A stretch of DNA of 64,000 nucleotides. Source: Camelus ferus. Its lineage: Eukaryota. A model generated the notes under the pieces. The model worked only from the letters and a program-made list of their open reading frames with translations, was not told the origin of the DNA and did not search any database. Positions 1 through 11,676 of this stretch are shown here, in pieces. The position numbers and the translations under genes are program-made. Position 1 is the first letter of the stretch. Every line of letters begins with the position of its first letter. The stretch is from assembly GCF_009834535.1 (NCBI RefSeq), contig NC_045696.1, forward strand, positions 119,166,001-119,230,000, read 5' to 3'.

Positions 1-599
1 GCTGGTGTGTCTGCCGATGGTGCCTTTGAACCCACGAACGGGTTTCCTTTGTGGGGAGATGTCGTGCTGAGCCCAGAAAGAGTGGGATTTATTGTCATAG
101 TCTTGGACGTGGTGCCTTTTTATGCTCCCCTCCTCCAAGTAAAGACTTTATTGATACACCAGTGTTAAAGCTCTGTTACAGAGTTGAGACCCTTATGATA
201 ATTACTCAGGCCCAAAAAGAAATAGTCTGATTCCTCTTGTGTCCTGTGGAAATGCCAAATTGAAGTGTGCTTATTGCCTCTGGGCCGCCATGCTTTTGGG
301 GAAGTTTCTTTTTCCCCGTTTTGCACTGCCTGGGGTTAGGAGGCACAGTCTTTGTCCTGTCATCTGACCATCTTCACAGAGCGACATTTTTACATCCTTC
401 CTTTTTTTCCATTGTTACATCAACCTTTGATTTTTCTCCCAGCCAGTGGCAGATTTTCACATGTGGGAATTGTGGCTCGTAGCAGCTTCTTTTTTCTTCT
501 TGCTGCTCTTATATCTCCTGCTCATACCAGAGGGGACAGAAAAAGGGAGGATGGTGGAACAGAGGTGACGTGTCCTTTCTCTTGGGGGTGCCGAGGTGG

Positions 600-929
600 C
601 AGGGTGACTGGGAGATGCAGCTGACACTGTTGGTGAGAAGAAGGGTTCCTGGAGATGCGTGGTGATGGTGGTTGCATTAGCAGGGCAAGTAGGGGTGAGG
701 GTAGAGCTCAGTGGTAGAGTGCATGCCTAGTGTGCGTGAGGTCCTGGGTTCAGTCCCCACAATTCCCAGTACCTCCATTAAAAAACTAAGTAAATAAACC
801 TAATTACATCCCCCTGCAAAAAACAAAAACAAAAAGTGCAAGTGTACTTAATGCCATTGAATCATGCACTTCAATATGATTAAAATGGTAACTTTTTGTT
901 GCGTATATTTTACCATAATTAAAAAAAAA
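600..929 (+). mobile_element. Old L1 (L1MB/MC-type) 3' UTR fragment, interrupted by a SINE
   Basis: Typical L1M 3' end wording (gtacttaatgccattgaa...aaaatggtaactttt...tattttaccataattaaaaa); split at gcaagt/gcaagt by the SINE. Confidence 0.7.
692..835 (+). mobile_element. tRNA-Ala-derived SINE (camelid Vic-1-like), long form
   Basis: A box agctcagtggta, B box ggttcagtcc, cagtacctcc, A-rich linker, cctaattac..cccc, A-rich tail; short TSD gcaagt. Confidence 0.88.
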
Positions 930-1322
930 GTTCCCTCTGGGTTTTACACTGGGTGGTGGTTTTCTAGAACCAAGTGTGTTTTCTTTCATCTTTATATGAT
1001 GGCTGATTGACTTTGGAACCCAGAACATTGGGGACCTCGGAGTTAAGTGCCCCCCAGAGTCACTGCAGGTAGCAGTTTGTGTTGGATTTTCTTTGATGGG
1101 AAAGGAGCTGGTGTGGTCATGACATGAGAGAATTTCTTCACTTAATGGTGCAAAGTTGTTAATGAGCTGTCTCCAGGCACTCTGGGTTGGCCGGCTTGTT
1201 GGACTCTGGCCTGGTGGAACTTATTTATTGGGAAAGACAGAAAAAAAGTGAATGAAGAATTTCTATGATGAAAAATCGTGAAAAATGTTATGAAACAAAT
1301 GATTAGTAAGTCATCGTAAGAA

Positions 1323-1595
1323 CAGTGCTGTCCAGTGGAAATATATGTGAGCCGCATCTGTAAGTTGAAGTTTCCCAGGAGCTGCATTGAGGACAGGTAG
1401 AAACAGGTGGAATTAATTTTGATGGATTTTATGTAATCCTGCATAGATCTCAAATATTGTCATTTCAATGTCATCATTATAAAAAAGAACTTACTTAGGT
1501 ATTTTACATTCTTACTTTCATGCTAAGATTTCTTTGAAATCTGGTGTATGTTTTACACTCACGACACAGTTTGGACTGGCCACATTTCCAGCGCT
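1323..1595. mobile_element. hAT-Charlie MITE (MER33-like)
   Basis: Begins cagtgctgtcca; internal gaaatctggtgtatgttttacact..ggactggccacatttc resembles MER33. Confidence 0.7.
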
Positions 1596-2610
1596 AAAAT
1601 ATTTCCAGTGCTGATTAATTTTTATTTTTAGAAAATTTTCTAACGACTTTATTGTGGTATAAGTGCTAATTACTTTTGTACAAAGTCTTGAGACTTTATC
1701 ATCGAAATCCATACAGGGTCCTAGTTACATTCTAAAGAGTTTCATTTCCATGTTCTTTGTACATATTCATTAGTGGCTGGGTTTTGATGCAGTCAGTTTA
1801 TTGTCGTCTCCACATCAAACGAGAATGTGTGAGCTATCGTGTTATCATGCTCGATTGAGAAAATGACATAGAATACTGACAACCAGCTTCCCTTCTGACT
1901 CACGCTAAGCTCTTCTAGGATTTGGTGTGGGTGAGTTTGGTTGGCAAAACTGAAGACCTGGTCATCCTGCGTGTCTCTCTTCTCCATCAAAAGTATTTTT
2001 TAAGTGTGTGAAATATTTTATTAATACTCTGAGTTCAGTTTCTAGCTGGTTGCTTTTAATACTTCAGGACTCCCATTGTGAAGTCTAAGCAGCATGGTGC
2101 CTGGTGTTTCTTGCAAAGCTTTCTTGATGAATCTGTGCCTGTGTATTCTCTGACAAAATGCACTGGTGAGGGGCGATGAATGGTAACACCATCTTTGGGT
2201 GTTTGGGTACTGTCACTAGGAATTATTTGGGCACTCTCCTTATGAACACTTAGACACCACATTTTTTATAGTGCGATACTGTGAGGGTGTGCAATTCAGT
2301 GACTGCATGTGACCGTTTGGAAGGACAAGCAAACCAGTAACAAACGACTTGACCCCCCCTCCCCGTGGCTGATACTGACCAAGCATTTGTGGTCCGGTGG
2401 CATCTTAGGAACTCATCTGATGAGACCTCGGTTGCTTTGTCAGTTACTGCCTGAGTGACCTGTAGAATCCTAGGTTTATGGGAAGCTTGAAGAACTGCTT
2501 TGAATCTTACTGAGATTCTCCTCTGGAGTTTGGCCATGATTTAGTTAGGTGTTGAAGAGTTGTGTTTTTTTTTTTAACTTCATTTATGTATTTATTTTAC
2601 AATATCATAT

Positions 2611-3103
2611 TTTTTAATTGAAGTATAGTTGATGTATAATATTAGGTGTTACCGGTATACAGTATAATGATTCACAATTTTTATTTGTTTATTTATTTTA
2701 GTGGAGGTACTGGGGGTTGAACCCAGGACTTCCTGCATGGTAAGCATGTGCTCTACCACTGAAGTATACCCTCCCCCTGTGATTCACAGTTTCTAAAGGT
2801 TATACTCCATTTATAGTTATTATAAAATATTGGCTGTATTCCCCATGTTGTGCAGTACATCCTTGTAGCTTATTTTAGACCTGATCGTTTGTATCTCTTA
2901 ATCCTCCCCCTCCATCTTGCCCCTCTCCCCACTGGTCACCACTAGTTCCTTCTCTACATCTGTGAGTCTGTTTCTTTTCTGTTACATTCACTACTTTGTT
3001 GTATTTTTTTAGATTCCACATGTAAATGAAATCTTACAGTATTTGTCTTCCTCTGTCTGACCTATTTCACTTAGCATGATGCCCTCCAGGACCGTCCATG
3101 CTG
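2611..3103 (-). mobile_element. L1 3' end (cetartiodactyl-type), interrupted by a SINE
   Basis: tttttaattgaagtatagttgat... tagattccacatgtaa... tttcacttagcatgatgccctccagg, the antisense L1 3' UTR/ORF2 end. Confidence 0.88.
2683..2777 (-). mobile_element. Vic-1-like SINE, short form
   Basis: Reverse complement of the SINE head (ggaggtactgggggttgaacccagg...ctctaccactgaagtataccctcccc); TSD tgattcaca(a/g)ttt. Confidence 0.88.
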
Positions 3104-3660
3104 CACACCAGAAACTAACGCAACATTTTAAATCAACTGCACTTCAATCAAAAAGCAAACAAATAACCCGTTTAAAATATGGGCAGAACTGGACATTTTT
3201 CCAAAAGTGGAAATGCAGATGGCCCACGGGAACATGAAAAGTTGCTCAACATCACCAGTATCAGGGAAATGCAAATCAAAAGCACAGTGAGACACCATCT
3301 CACGTCTGTCAGAATGGCCATCATTGAAAGGCACACAAATAACAAATGGTGGCAAGGATGTGGAGAAAAGGGAACCCTTGTATGCTGTTAGTGGGAACGT
3401 AAGTTGATGCAGCCGCTATGGAAAACAATATGGAGGTTTCTCAAAAACCCCAAAACAGAACCACCATATGGCCCAGCAGTTCCACTCCTGGGCATATACC
3501 CGAGAAAAACAAAAACATTAATTCAAGAAGATTTATACACACTACTGTTAATAGCAGCACTGTTTACAATCACCAAGACATAGGAGCATCCTAAGTGCAC
3601 ATCAGTAGATGAATGGATAAAGAAGTAGTAACACACGTATGCAATGGAATGAGCTATGTT
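3101..3660 (+). mobile_element. L1 ORF2 C-terminal remnant preceded by about 50 nt of L1 3' terminus
   Basis: ORF 3179-3391 [36 protein letters not shown] is the L1 ORF2 C-terminal region. Confidence 0.9.
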
Positions 3661-3664
3661 TTAT

Positions 3665-3870
3665 GAAAGCAGGTTGCTGGTTGTCGGGCCCAGGGAGGAG
3701 AATGAGGAATAACTGCTCAGCAGATACGGGGTTTCCTGATTTTAGAACTAGGTAGAGGTGATGTTTGTACAACATTGTGAAGGTGTTAAATGCCACTGAA
3801 TTGTTCACTTTTAAATGATTGATTTTACTTTTAAATGATTGAATTTCACTCTAATTAAAAAAGCAAAAAA
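3665..3870 (+). mobile_element. L1MA/MB-type 3' UTR fragment
   Basis: tagaggtgatgtttgtacaacattgtga..taaatgccactgaattgttcactttt, then A tail; contains a 20-nt tandem duplication. Confidence 0.7.
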
Positions 3871-4405
3871 GAATACACAGTATTTTAATGGTGTGATCTC
3901 CAGAGCCTGGATATGTATGTGTATATATACACATTTTTCAAGTTTCAGAAACCCAAATTTACTTGATAAAAAGATGACAGAAATCTGAACTTGAAAAGCC
4001 CTAAACTGAAAGTTTTATTCCAAAGATTTGGAAATGGCACCGAAGACCTGGGCTGCAGACGTGAGTTTAAAAATTGAATTCCTATTCCTTATTTATACAG
4101 TGAACACCCCCCCCCATCGAAAAATTATTGATTTTAGTGTTTTGTTCAATTGAATCTACTGTGAAGTCCAGGCAGATTGATGTTCAAGGAAGGGTGGCCT
4201 TGAAGGAACTTAGAGAGGGGGAAGAAAAGATGTGGTGGAACAATGTCATTATCAGCTTCACCTGAGAGGGAGATGGCCCCGGGGGAGGGTGTCTCCCTGC
4301 ATTGGGCTCCTTGGTGTTGACAGATCAGCTAGGGGGCATAACTAGAAAAGCAAAGTCGGACTTTGAATAATTAGGTTAAAGTCACATATGATTGTTACTC
4401 CACAC

Positions 4406-4440
4406 GGCGACTTCTTTCTTGGATGGCGACTTCTTTCTTG
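4406..4440. repeat. Short tandem duplication (ggcgacttctttcttg x2, period 19)
   Basis: Identical 16-mers at 4406-4421 and 4425-4440. Confidence 0.9.
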
Positions 4441-7400
4441 CGTTGGACGCTGGTACCTTCCCCATGATGGAGTTTCAAGCAGTGGAACCCTTGCTCTGGC
4501 TCTTCTGCAGATGTCTGAAGGGCTTCGTTTCCAGGGAAGAACCAGGGCTGCAGAATGTTTTTGCTAAACAAAACACAGCCATAGCAAAAGCAAAGTCCAC
4601 TTTATCCCCGGAGTGTTAAGAAATGTGTGGTTTTTGTGGATTCTGTTTTTTTCCCCCTGTTTTCATTCCTTTTTTTTTTTTTTTAAACTCTTGGAATAAT
4701 GGTTTATTTATTTATAGGGAGTTATTTTCTGAAAGAAAAACAAACCACTTATTTCAAAAGATCTTGGGACTCTCCTGCTCCCCAAAGTACCTTTCCAGCA
4801 GTACTTTCTGTATTTTGATTTTTTAGAAAGCCTCTTATTGGTAATGGAATGAGGGGAAAAAAGATTTGCAAGGGATTTAAAATCCGTGGTTCTAAACTCT
4901 TTGTTCAAGTCGACGTCAGTAGAGAAAAGGGAGGAATTAGATGATTCCTGCAGACATATCCTTGAAGGCTTTGATGTAAGTCGTGACAAGGTATGAATGA
5001 ACAGTGGAGAGCTCTTTAGTGCTCCACTGAGGGTCACGGCGTCCCCTGACAGTGCCACGATCGGGGTGGGAAGGGTGTGGGGTACCCGATCTCCCACGTT
5101 TATCAGACGCCCCAGCCAGACTCTGCAACCTGCCAAATCTTGGCTTTGGGCCACATGGGGTTGAAAGTCAAACTGGACTTACTTGCCAAATCTAAAGATT
5201 TAAGAGTTTCTGCAAGGATCCAGGTTTCTGACTTCTTGAAGGTCAGAATGAGAAGTTCTGACACCGTGAGACCCACGTGCCCCTTGGCCCCCACGGGCAC
5301 CAGCCTAGAAAGACAAGGTGTCACCCTGCTCGGCCAGGTGTGGCTTCCGTGTGCCTTGTTCATCCTCTGGCTCTGTCTCTTGCTTACTTTATCCGCCTGG
5401 GCCCTGCGGCCCCAGTTCCTGGCCTTGGGGTCTGTACCAGACTCTCTGCAGGTCATGAGTTGAGACCCAGCCCCCTGTCTGGGCTGGTTGGAGAAGCCAG
5501 CTAGAGAACTGGGCTTTGCACGGCAGCAGAGCAAGTCCCCATCTGGGATGAAGACAGCTCCCCGGGTGGGAGCACGGAGATGTCCAGCCTGGACCAGGCT
5601 TGCAGACTGGTCGCTGTAAATAAAGTCTGAGGGACATGACAGGTTGGAAAGTAGATAGGGAAGTGTGATCTTCAAGCAGGCCTTGGGTGGTGACACTTCC
5701 TCAGACTGGAGAGGGACGCTGACCGCGACAGCCTTGTCGGTGTCCCTGGTCTCTGTCCAGCAGTGATGTTCGTCCTGCCGTGTGTACCAGTAGCAGATCT
5801 GAGTCCCGTCTGACTTTCCGTCTCTCCACCCCCCTGCATGTGTGTGCTTGTTCCATGTCCTCATTTTGGCTCTGGTTTGGGGGAACTCTTTCAGTTCATG
5901 ATGGAAACATTGATCGTGGTACCTGATGTCACTTCTTAGCTACAGACTGGTACCTTAGTCTCCAAACTGAAATAATAAAGTCATTGCATATTCTAGTTGG
6001 AAGCTCCTTTTGGAGTTGCCTATCCAGGGTCTGCGTGTTATAAGCGAGGGACCCAAGAGACAGGGTGGGAGCTACATGACTTGCCCACGGTTACGTAATT
6101 TGTAAACGAAATCAGGCAAATATTACAAAACAAAAATAGTGGCGATGCTATTCTGATGAGTAGGGTGAGAAATCGCCCAAGAGGCTACCATTGGTAGGTT
6201 TATCCAAACAGATAAGTCATTCCTTTGCTTTGCTAGTAATAATACTGGGGGATTGGTCACTTTACAAGAACTAGAGGTTTTTTTTTTTTTTTTCTAAGAT
6301 TAAGGTTCAGAAAAAACCTTGAAATTAAGGCTTTTAATCATATTTACAATAGATGCCTTTTTAAAATTGCAATGTTGAGATTCATTTTTATTTGTTTTTT
6401 TTTTTAACCATGAAACTCAACTTGCTTTGACAGCATGCGTCCCAAAAATTATAGCCATGAAATCGCCGAGTGTTGACAGGAGATACATCTTTAGGTTTTA
6501 AGATAAAAATTTGAATGGTATTATGTTTTATTCAGGAAGCATTTAGCTATAAAGCAGTTGGTTGACTAATATATTTAGTGCACTGATTTGGAGCATAGAG
6601 GTGCTGGGGGTGGGGGGGGACAATACGGTCCCCATACTGTCATCAGTGGCTGCAGCTGGTCAGTCCCCCGTGGACGGCACCCCATCCTCTGCTGCCTCCA
6701 CCACTGAGCTGGGTGGTTGTGAGCTTTATCTTTACACGTCCGTCACCCTGTGGTTCCCGCAACCACTCTGTGATGGAAGACAGGCCGGTGCTGTCACCTC
6801 CGATTTATATGTGGAAACTGACTATTCATGTGCCCAGGATTGACGCCAGTGGGGACCGTAGCTGATCCAAGAAACGCAAGTCTTCTAAACACATTGCCTG
6901 CTTTTATTTATTTATTTACTTTATTATTATAGGGTGATGCAGAAGTGGAGAGGAAATATACCAATGATCAAAGTCTTCGTAAAGGCTTATTTTACTGTAG
7001 CAGTAAGCTACTGAAATGCGTGAAACGTTCACAAAACACTGAACTGCAGAGACTGAGTTTGGGGTCTCCAATGTGACGGCACACAGATGCTTTTTATGTA
7101 TAAAGTTTAATCAAAGGAGAGAGGGGGTCTTAGGGCTGTGTCGTATTTTTAGGTTTGGTCGATATTATAAAATTACCCTCCAGAAAGGCTTCCACTCCTA
7201 CCTAAAGTCCGTTCTGTTTTTCAAACAAAACAACCAGCGTCGGTGCCACACAGGGTCGTACCATTTTGATCCTGTTGCTGCTTGATGTCTCCCTTGGCAC
7301 AACCTACATACAGGCCAACTCCTGTCATTTGCGGCCCTGGAGAAAAGTGCAAGAGATGGGGGGCTGGGCTGGCACTAGGGTGAGGCCAGTGAGGCAGCGT

Positions 7401-7548
7401 TTTTTAAAAAGATCAGTAGCACATCTGTGCCTATATGAGAGCTTGAGGCAAAAGGAAACATCAGTAATAAAGAATAATCATAATCATATAGTTATATAAC
7501 ATATAATTTTATATATATATAATACTAAGTAATAAAGAGCCTGTCTTA

Positions 7549-7636
7549 GGGGGAAGGTATAGCTCAACTGGTGGAGTGCATGCTTAGCATGCACGAAGTC
7601 CTGAATTTAATCCCCGGAACCTCCTTTAAAAAAAAA
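7549..7636 (+). mobile_element. Vic-1-like SINE, short form
   Basis: tRNA-like head plus poly(A); perfect 14-bp TSD aaagagcctgtctt (7534-7547, 7637-7650). Confidence 0.92.
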
Positions 7637-7996
7637 AAAGAGCCTGTCTTTAGTAAACTTTTGGATAGTTTGTTCGTAATAGACTTTCTGCATTGATTTT
7701 TTCCCTTTTTGACATATTGCGTTACATCTTTATCTTGGTTACTGAGTCTTTGGTTCCTCGTTCAATTTTGCGCCTGCAGGAGTGCCTCCTTACTCACCTC
7801 CGCCTGGGCTCTGGGCCGCCTTGGGCCTGGGGGTGCGCACAGATTGGGAAGAAGCACAGTAGGCCTGGGGCTGTCTGGGCAGGGACTGCCAGGGGCTTGG
7901 CTGTGGGAAGTTGGGGTGCAGGTCACAGGTGGGCGTGTGCCCTTAGATCCATAGATCCCCTGCCTGTTGGAGGAGGGCCAAAGGGAAACCCTCTGC

Positions 7997-8162
7997 AGAG
8001 TAGTTCTTAGCCTCTGAATCTCCTGCAGAGCCTGTGAGGGCACAGATGGCTCCGATTCTGATTTGGTAGGTCCTGAGTGGCACCCAGGAGCCTCCATTTC
8101 TGGCAATTCTGGGTGCTGCCCCTCTGCTGGACAGAGGAGCAGGCTCAGAGGAACCCTGCTCC
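7997..8162. mobile_element. MER5-like hAT MITE, degenerate
   Basis: gattctgatttggtaggtcctgagtgg..cccaggagcctccatttct resembles the MER5A/B core. Confidence 0.5.
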
Positions 8163-8739
8163 AAAGCACCAGGTCTGGGAAAGATATTTGCAACTGTGAT
8201 CACAAATAAGAACTAAATTTCCTAATATATAAAGAGTTCCTACAAACCAATAGGACAAAGATCAACAACCCAAAAGAAAACTGGGACCCCTCTGGCCCAC
8301 CAGGTTTCTGTGCCTGGGAGTGTGGAGGGGCTTGGTGTTCTTTCCAGACTTACCTTTCAGTTTTTCATCTGGCAGCATATCTAGAATGTACTCTTCAAGG
8401 GAAAGAGTGCATACTTCTCAGCTCTCCTGGTCAGCCCTGGCTCTGTCCCTGTTGTTAATGGAGATTTCTCCAAGGTGCCGGACTTTTACTTTTTTCCCCC
8501 TGTAAATTTCTTGAGAGCTACAGTAAAGAGTATTCTTAAGTACTCCTAGATTTTGTTTTTAAGTTAGTTTTAAGGTAACACATTGCTTTAAAAATAAATT
8601 TTAAAATTTAAATATATTTTTACATATAAAGAAGAAAATTAAAGTGTTTCATAAATCCTCCACTCAAATGATTTCTGTTGATGGTAATAGTACTCAAAGA
8701 ACAAAGTAGAACTACCTTTCCACCCTCCCCTCCCTACTC

Positions 8740-9230
8740 CAATCTCTCCAATATTGATGTTTTTGTGATTTCTTCCAGAAAAAAATTCTTATTCATGTCC
8801 CTCTATACTTCTGATCTTTTAATGTAAGAGTATCATGTGATAAACCCTTAGACACCTTGTCTCTTAACTTAGTAATGTGTTTTAGGCGTATTTTCAGTAG
8901 CACGTAACAGGTTTACCTTCATTTTCTTAATGGTTCGTAGGATTCATCATTGGGGTGTCCCAGTGTTTAGCTAGCCCTCCAAAGAACTCTTTGGTTCTAG
9001 GTTTTTGCCATTGCAGTGACCCTGTAGTGAATATCTTTGTCCATATATCTTTGAGAAACATTTCTGAGTCCAGCCATGAGCGTGATACCCAGCAGTGAGT
9101 TTGCTGGACAAAGGGTGTGTGCACTTTTAGGTTTGAAGGCAGACACCACATGGCCCTCCAGAAAGGTTCACCCCATCATCCGTGGTGAGCATGCCTGTTT
9201 CCCCAACATCCTTACCCGTGATGGATATCA
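8740..9230 (-). mobile_element. Ancient L1M fragment (continues at about 10850-11000)
   Basis: gtttttgccattg..gtgaatatctttgt..atacccagcagtgagtttgctgga..ccctccagaaaggtt, antisense L1 ORF2 end. Confidence 0.65.
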
Positions 9231-9244
9231 TAGAAGTAAAAGGA

Positions 9245-10835
9245 GGAAAAAAATCTATGCCAATAGCAATAAAATATAAAATAACTAAGAGTAAACTTCG
9301 TAAGTGTGCAGTATCTTTGTGAGGAAAATTTTAACATGCACCTGAGAGACCCCCAAAAAGTCTTGAATAGGTGAAAGTTATGCCATGTTCTGGGGTTGGA
9401 ACATGTAGCATGATGAGAATATTCATTCTTCTTCAGTTAGGCTAGACTTTGGACATGACCCAAGAAAAATATCAGCAGGATTTTTTTTTTGAGGGTGAAT
9501 TTGATGAGCTGATTTTACAGACCATTTTGAAAAACAAATAAGAACAGACAGGAAGCTTCAGAAAATAAACAGGAACATAGGAAGAGTCCGAAAATAGCCT
9601 GATTAGATACTAAAACAGTATGAAAGCAAAATTGTTAGAATAGATTAATGGATCACAGACATAGACTTAAATATACTCAGGAATATAATATATGATAAAG
9701 GTGACATCTCAAATCAATGAGGAAGAATGGATAAATTGGGGGGGGTGAGAAATGTTGAATTCATATTGCACAAATTCCGAATGGATAAAAGATTTACATG
9801 CAGAGAATGAAATCCATACTACAGGAAATCACAGAATTGTTTTATAATCCAGATCTCTCTGCTATGACATAAAACTCAGAAGCCATTGAAGGCAAGATTA
9901 ATAAATTCAACTTAATAAAAAAAAATTCTTCACAGCAAAACCCATGTTATGCAGAGTCAAAAGATGAACAATAAATTGTGAAAGATGTTTGCAACTGTTA
10001 ATACAGATAAGAACTAAATTGCCTAATATATAAAGAGTTCCTACAAACCAATAGGAAAAGGCCAATGACCCAGTAAAAAACTAGGCAAAGATTATGAACA
10101 GTTAACAGAAAAGACCACATAAAAAGCATTTAAACTTGGAATGTTTAATAAGAAAAACTGCGAAGTACATAATAAGAGAAATGTAAATTACTACGTCACA
10201 GGGATTTTTTTTTCACTGTGAGATTAGCCAGGGTCTGGGGAGAGAAATACCTTTATTCACCACTGATGGGAGGTAAACCTATCCAACACTGTGGGGGAAA
10301 TTTGGCAGTATCTAAAAAAATTACAGTGCATTTATGTTGAGCAATTCCACACCTAGGAATTACCTTTTTTAGGTATACTATTCACGAACGCAAGTAAAAT
10401 CACATAGGAGCGGTGATTTTCATTGCAATGTTGCTTATAAAAGGGCAGGTTGGAATCACCTGTGGTCCATTGCACAGTGGGATGCTTGTGCATCTGAGAG
10501 AAGGGTGAGGAGGAGCTCTGTGTCCTGCTGCCGAATGATCTGTAAGGAAAGGATACTGTTAATTGATAAAAATGGATAAAAAGCTGGGTCTGTCTGTAAC
10601 ATCGTCCTAACATTTATGTAAAAAAGAGAGGGAGATACACGTAATCTTATTTGCTTGTGTATTATGATTATGAACATGGATACAAAAAGATGGATAATGT
10701 CGACTGCCTCTGGGGAAAAGCCTGAGAGGTGAGGAATCTGGATGGAATACTTTTCACTGTGTGCACACATGCATCTTCTGACGTTTGAATCTTGTTGACC
10801 CCTCCTAAGAAACTTTTTTAAGTCCAAATTTTAAA
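9245..10835 (+). mobile_element. Ancient L1ME-like ORF2/3' remnant
   Basis: A-rich, with degenerate L1 ORF2 motifs (gccatgttctggggttggaa; aatatgataaaggtgacatctcaaatcaatg; gcaattccacacctaggaatt). Confidence 0.72.
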
Positions 10836-11489
10836 ATAACTCAATAGGTGAAGAACATTTATTTGTTTTGATACGCATTGTTCTAATGCTGAGTTAATTT
10901 GAGTATCCTTTCAAATATTGATCAGCCTTTCACCCTTTTTAGGCAATTGCTTGTTCATGAACTTTGCCCATTTTTCTTGTCTTTTTTTTTTTTTTTTTTG
11001 AGTTGTTTTTGTTTGGTTTGGTTTGGGTTTTTTGTTTGTTTGTTTCTGGTTTTGTTTTGTTGCCCTAAAATTAGGAAATCGTCTTAATTGTCACAGAAGT
11101 TTTGTCCCAGTTTGTCTTTGTTGCCGCTGCTTTTTGCCACCTGGCAGTTTTACATTTGTGTCCAGTTGTCATCGTCTTCTGATCCTCCTCCTCCTCCTGT
11201 GTCTTTTCTTTCCTTTTTGTTTTTTGAGGGGTAGACATGACTGTCCCAATGTGATCTGAGAAAGCTGGCTCTAGAGTTAAGCCGCCCAGTCATCAGTACC
11301 CATGCGGGAGTTGGAAAATAAAAGGCCACTTACATGTTTCCTTGAAGACAGTCGTTAGGACTGGAACAGACTCATTTTAGTGGGAGGTGACCCAGAGATC
11401 TTCTGGGCTGGGGCGAGGGGAGAGGGATGCGCCTGGAGGGCAGCTGGTCTGGGTGGGTCTCTGACAGCTTCCCCTCTCTCCACCCCCAG

Positions 11490-11676
11490 CGGAGCTCCCG
11501 CGGTCCTCGGCCGTGAGGCTGGCCTCCCTCCGGGACCTGCCCGCCCAGCTGCTGGAGCTGTACCAGCAGGGCTTCTTGCTGGTGGCCCTGCACCCCTTCG
11601 TGCAGCCAACCCACAAGCAGGAGAAGACACCCCTCGAGCACATCTTCAGGGCCATCCTGATCAAGAAGACCGACAG
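11490..11676 (+). CDS. RFTN1: Raftlin (RFTN1) internal coding exon, equivalent to human exon 3, 187 nt
   Basis: Pyrimidine tract plus cag acceptor and ag|gtaagg donor; encodes (A)ELPRSSAVRLASLRDLPAQLLELYQQGFLLVALHPFVQPTHKQEKTPLEHIFRAILIKKTD(R), matching recalled human raftlin AELPGSSAVRLASLRDLPAQLLELYQQGFSLAALHPFVQPTHEREKTPLEHIFRAILIKKTDR. Confidence 0.97.
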
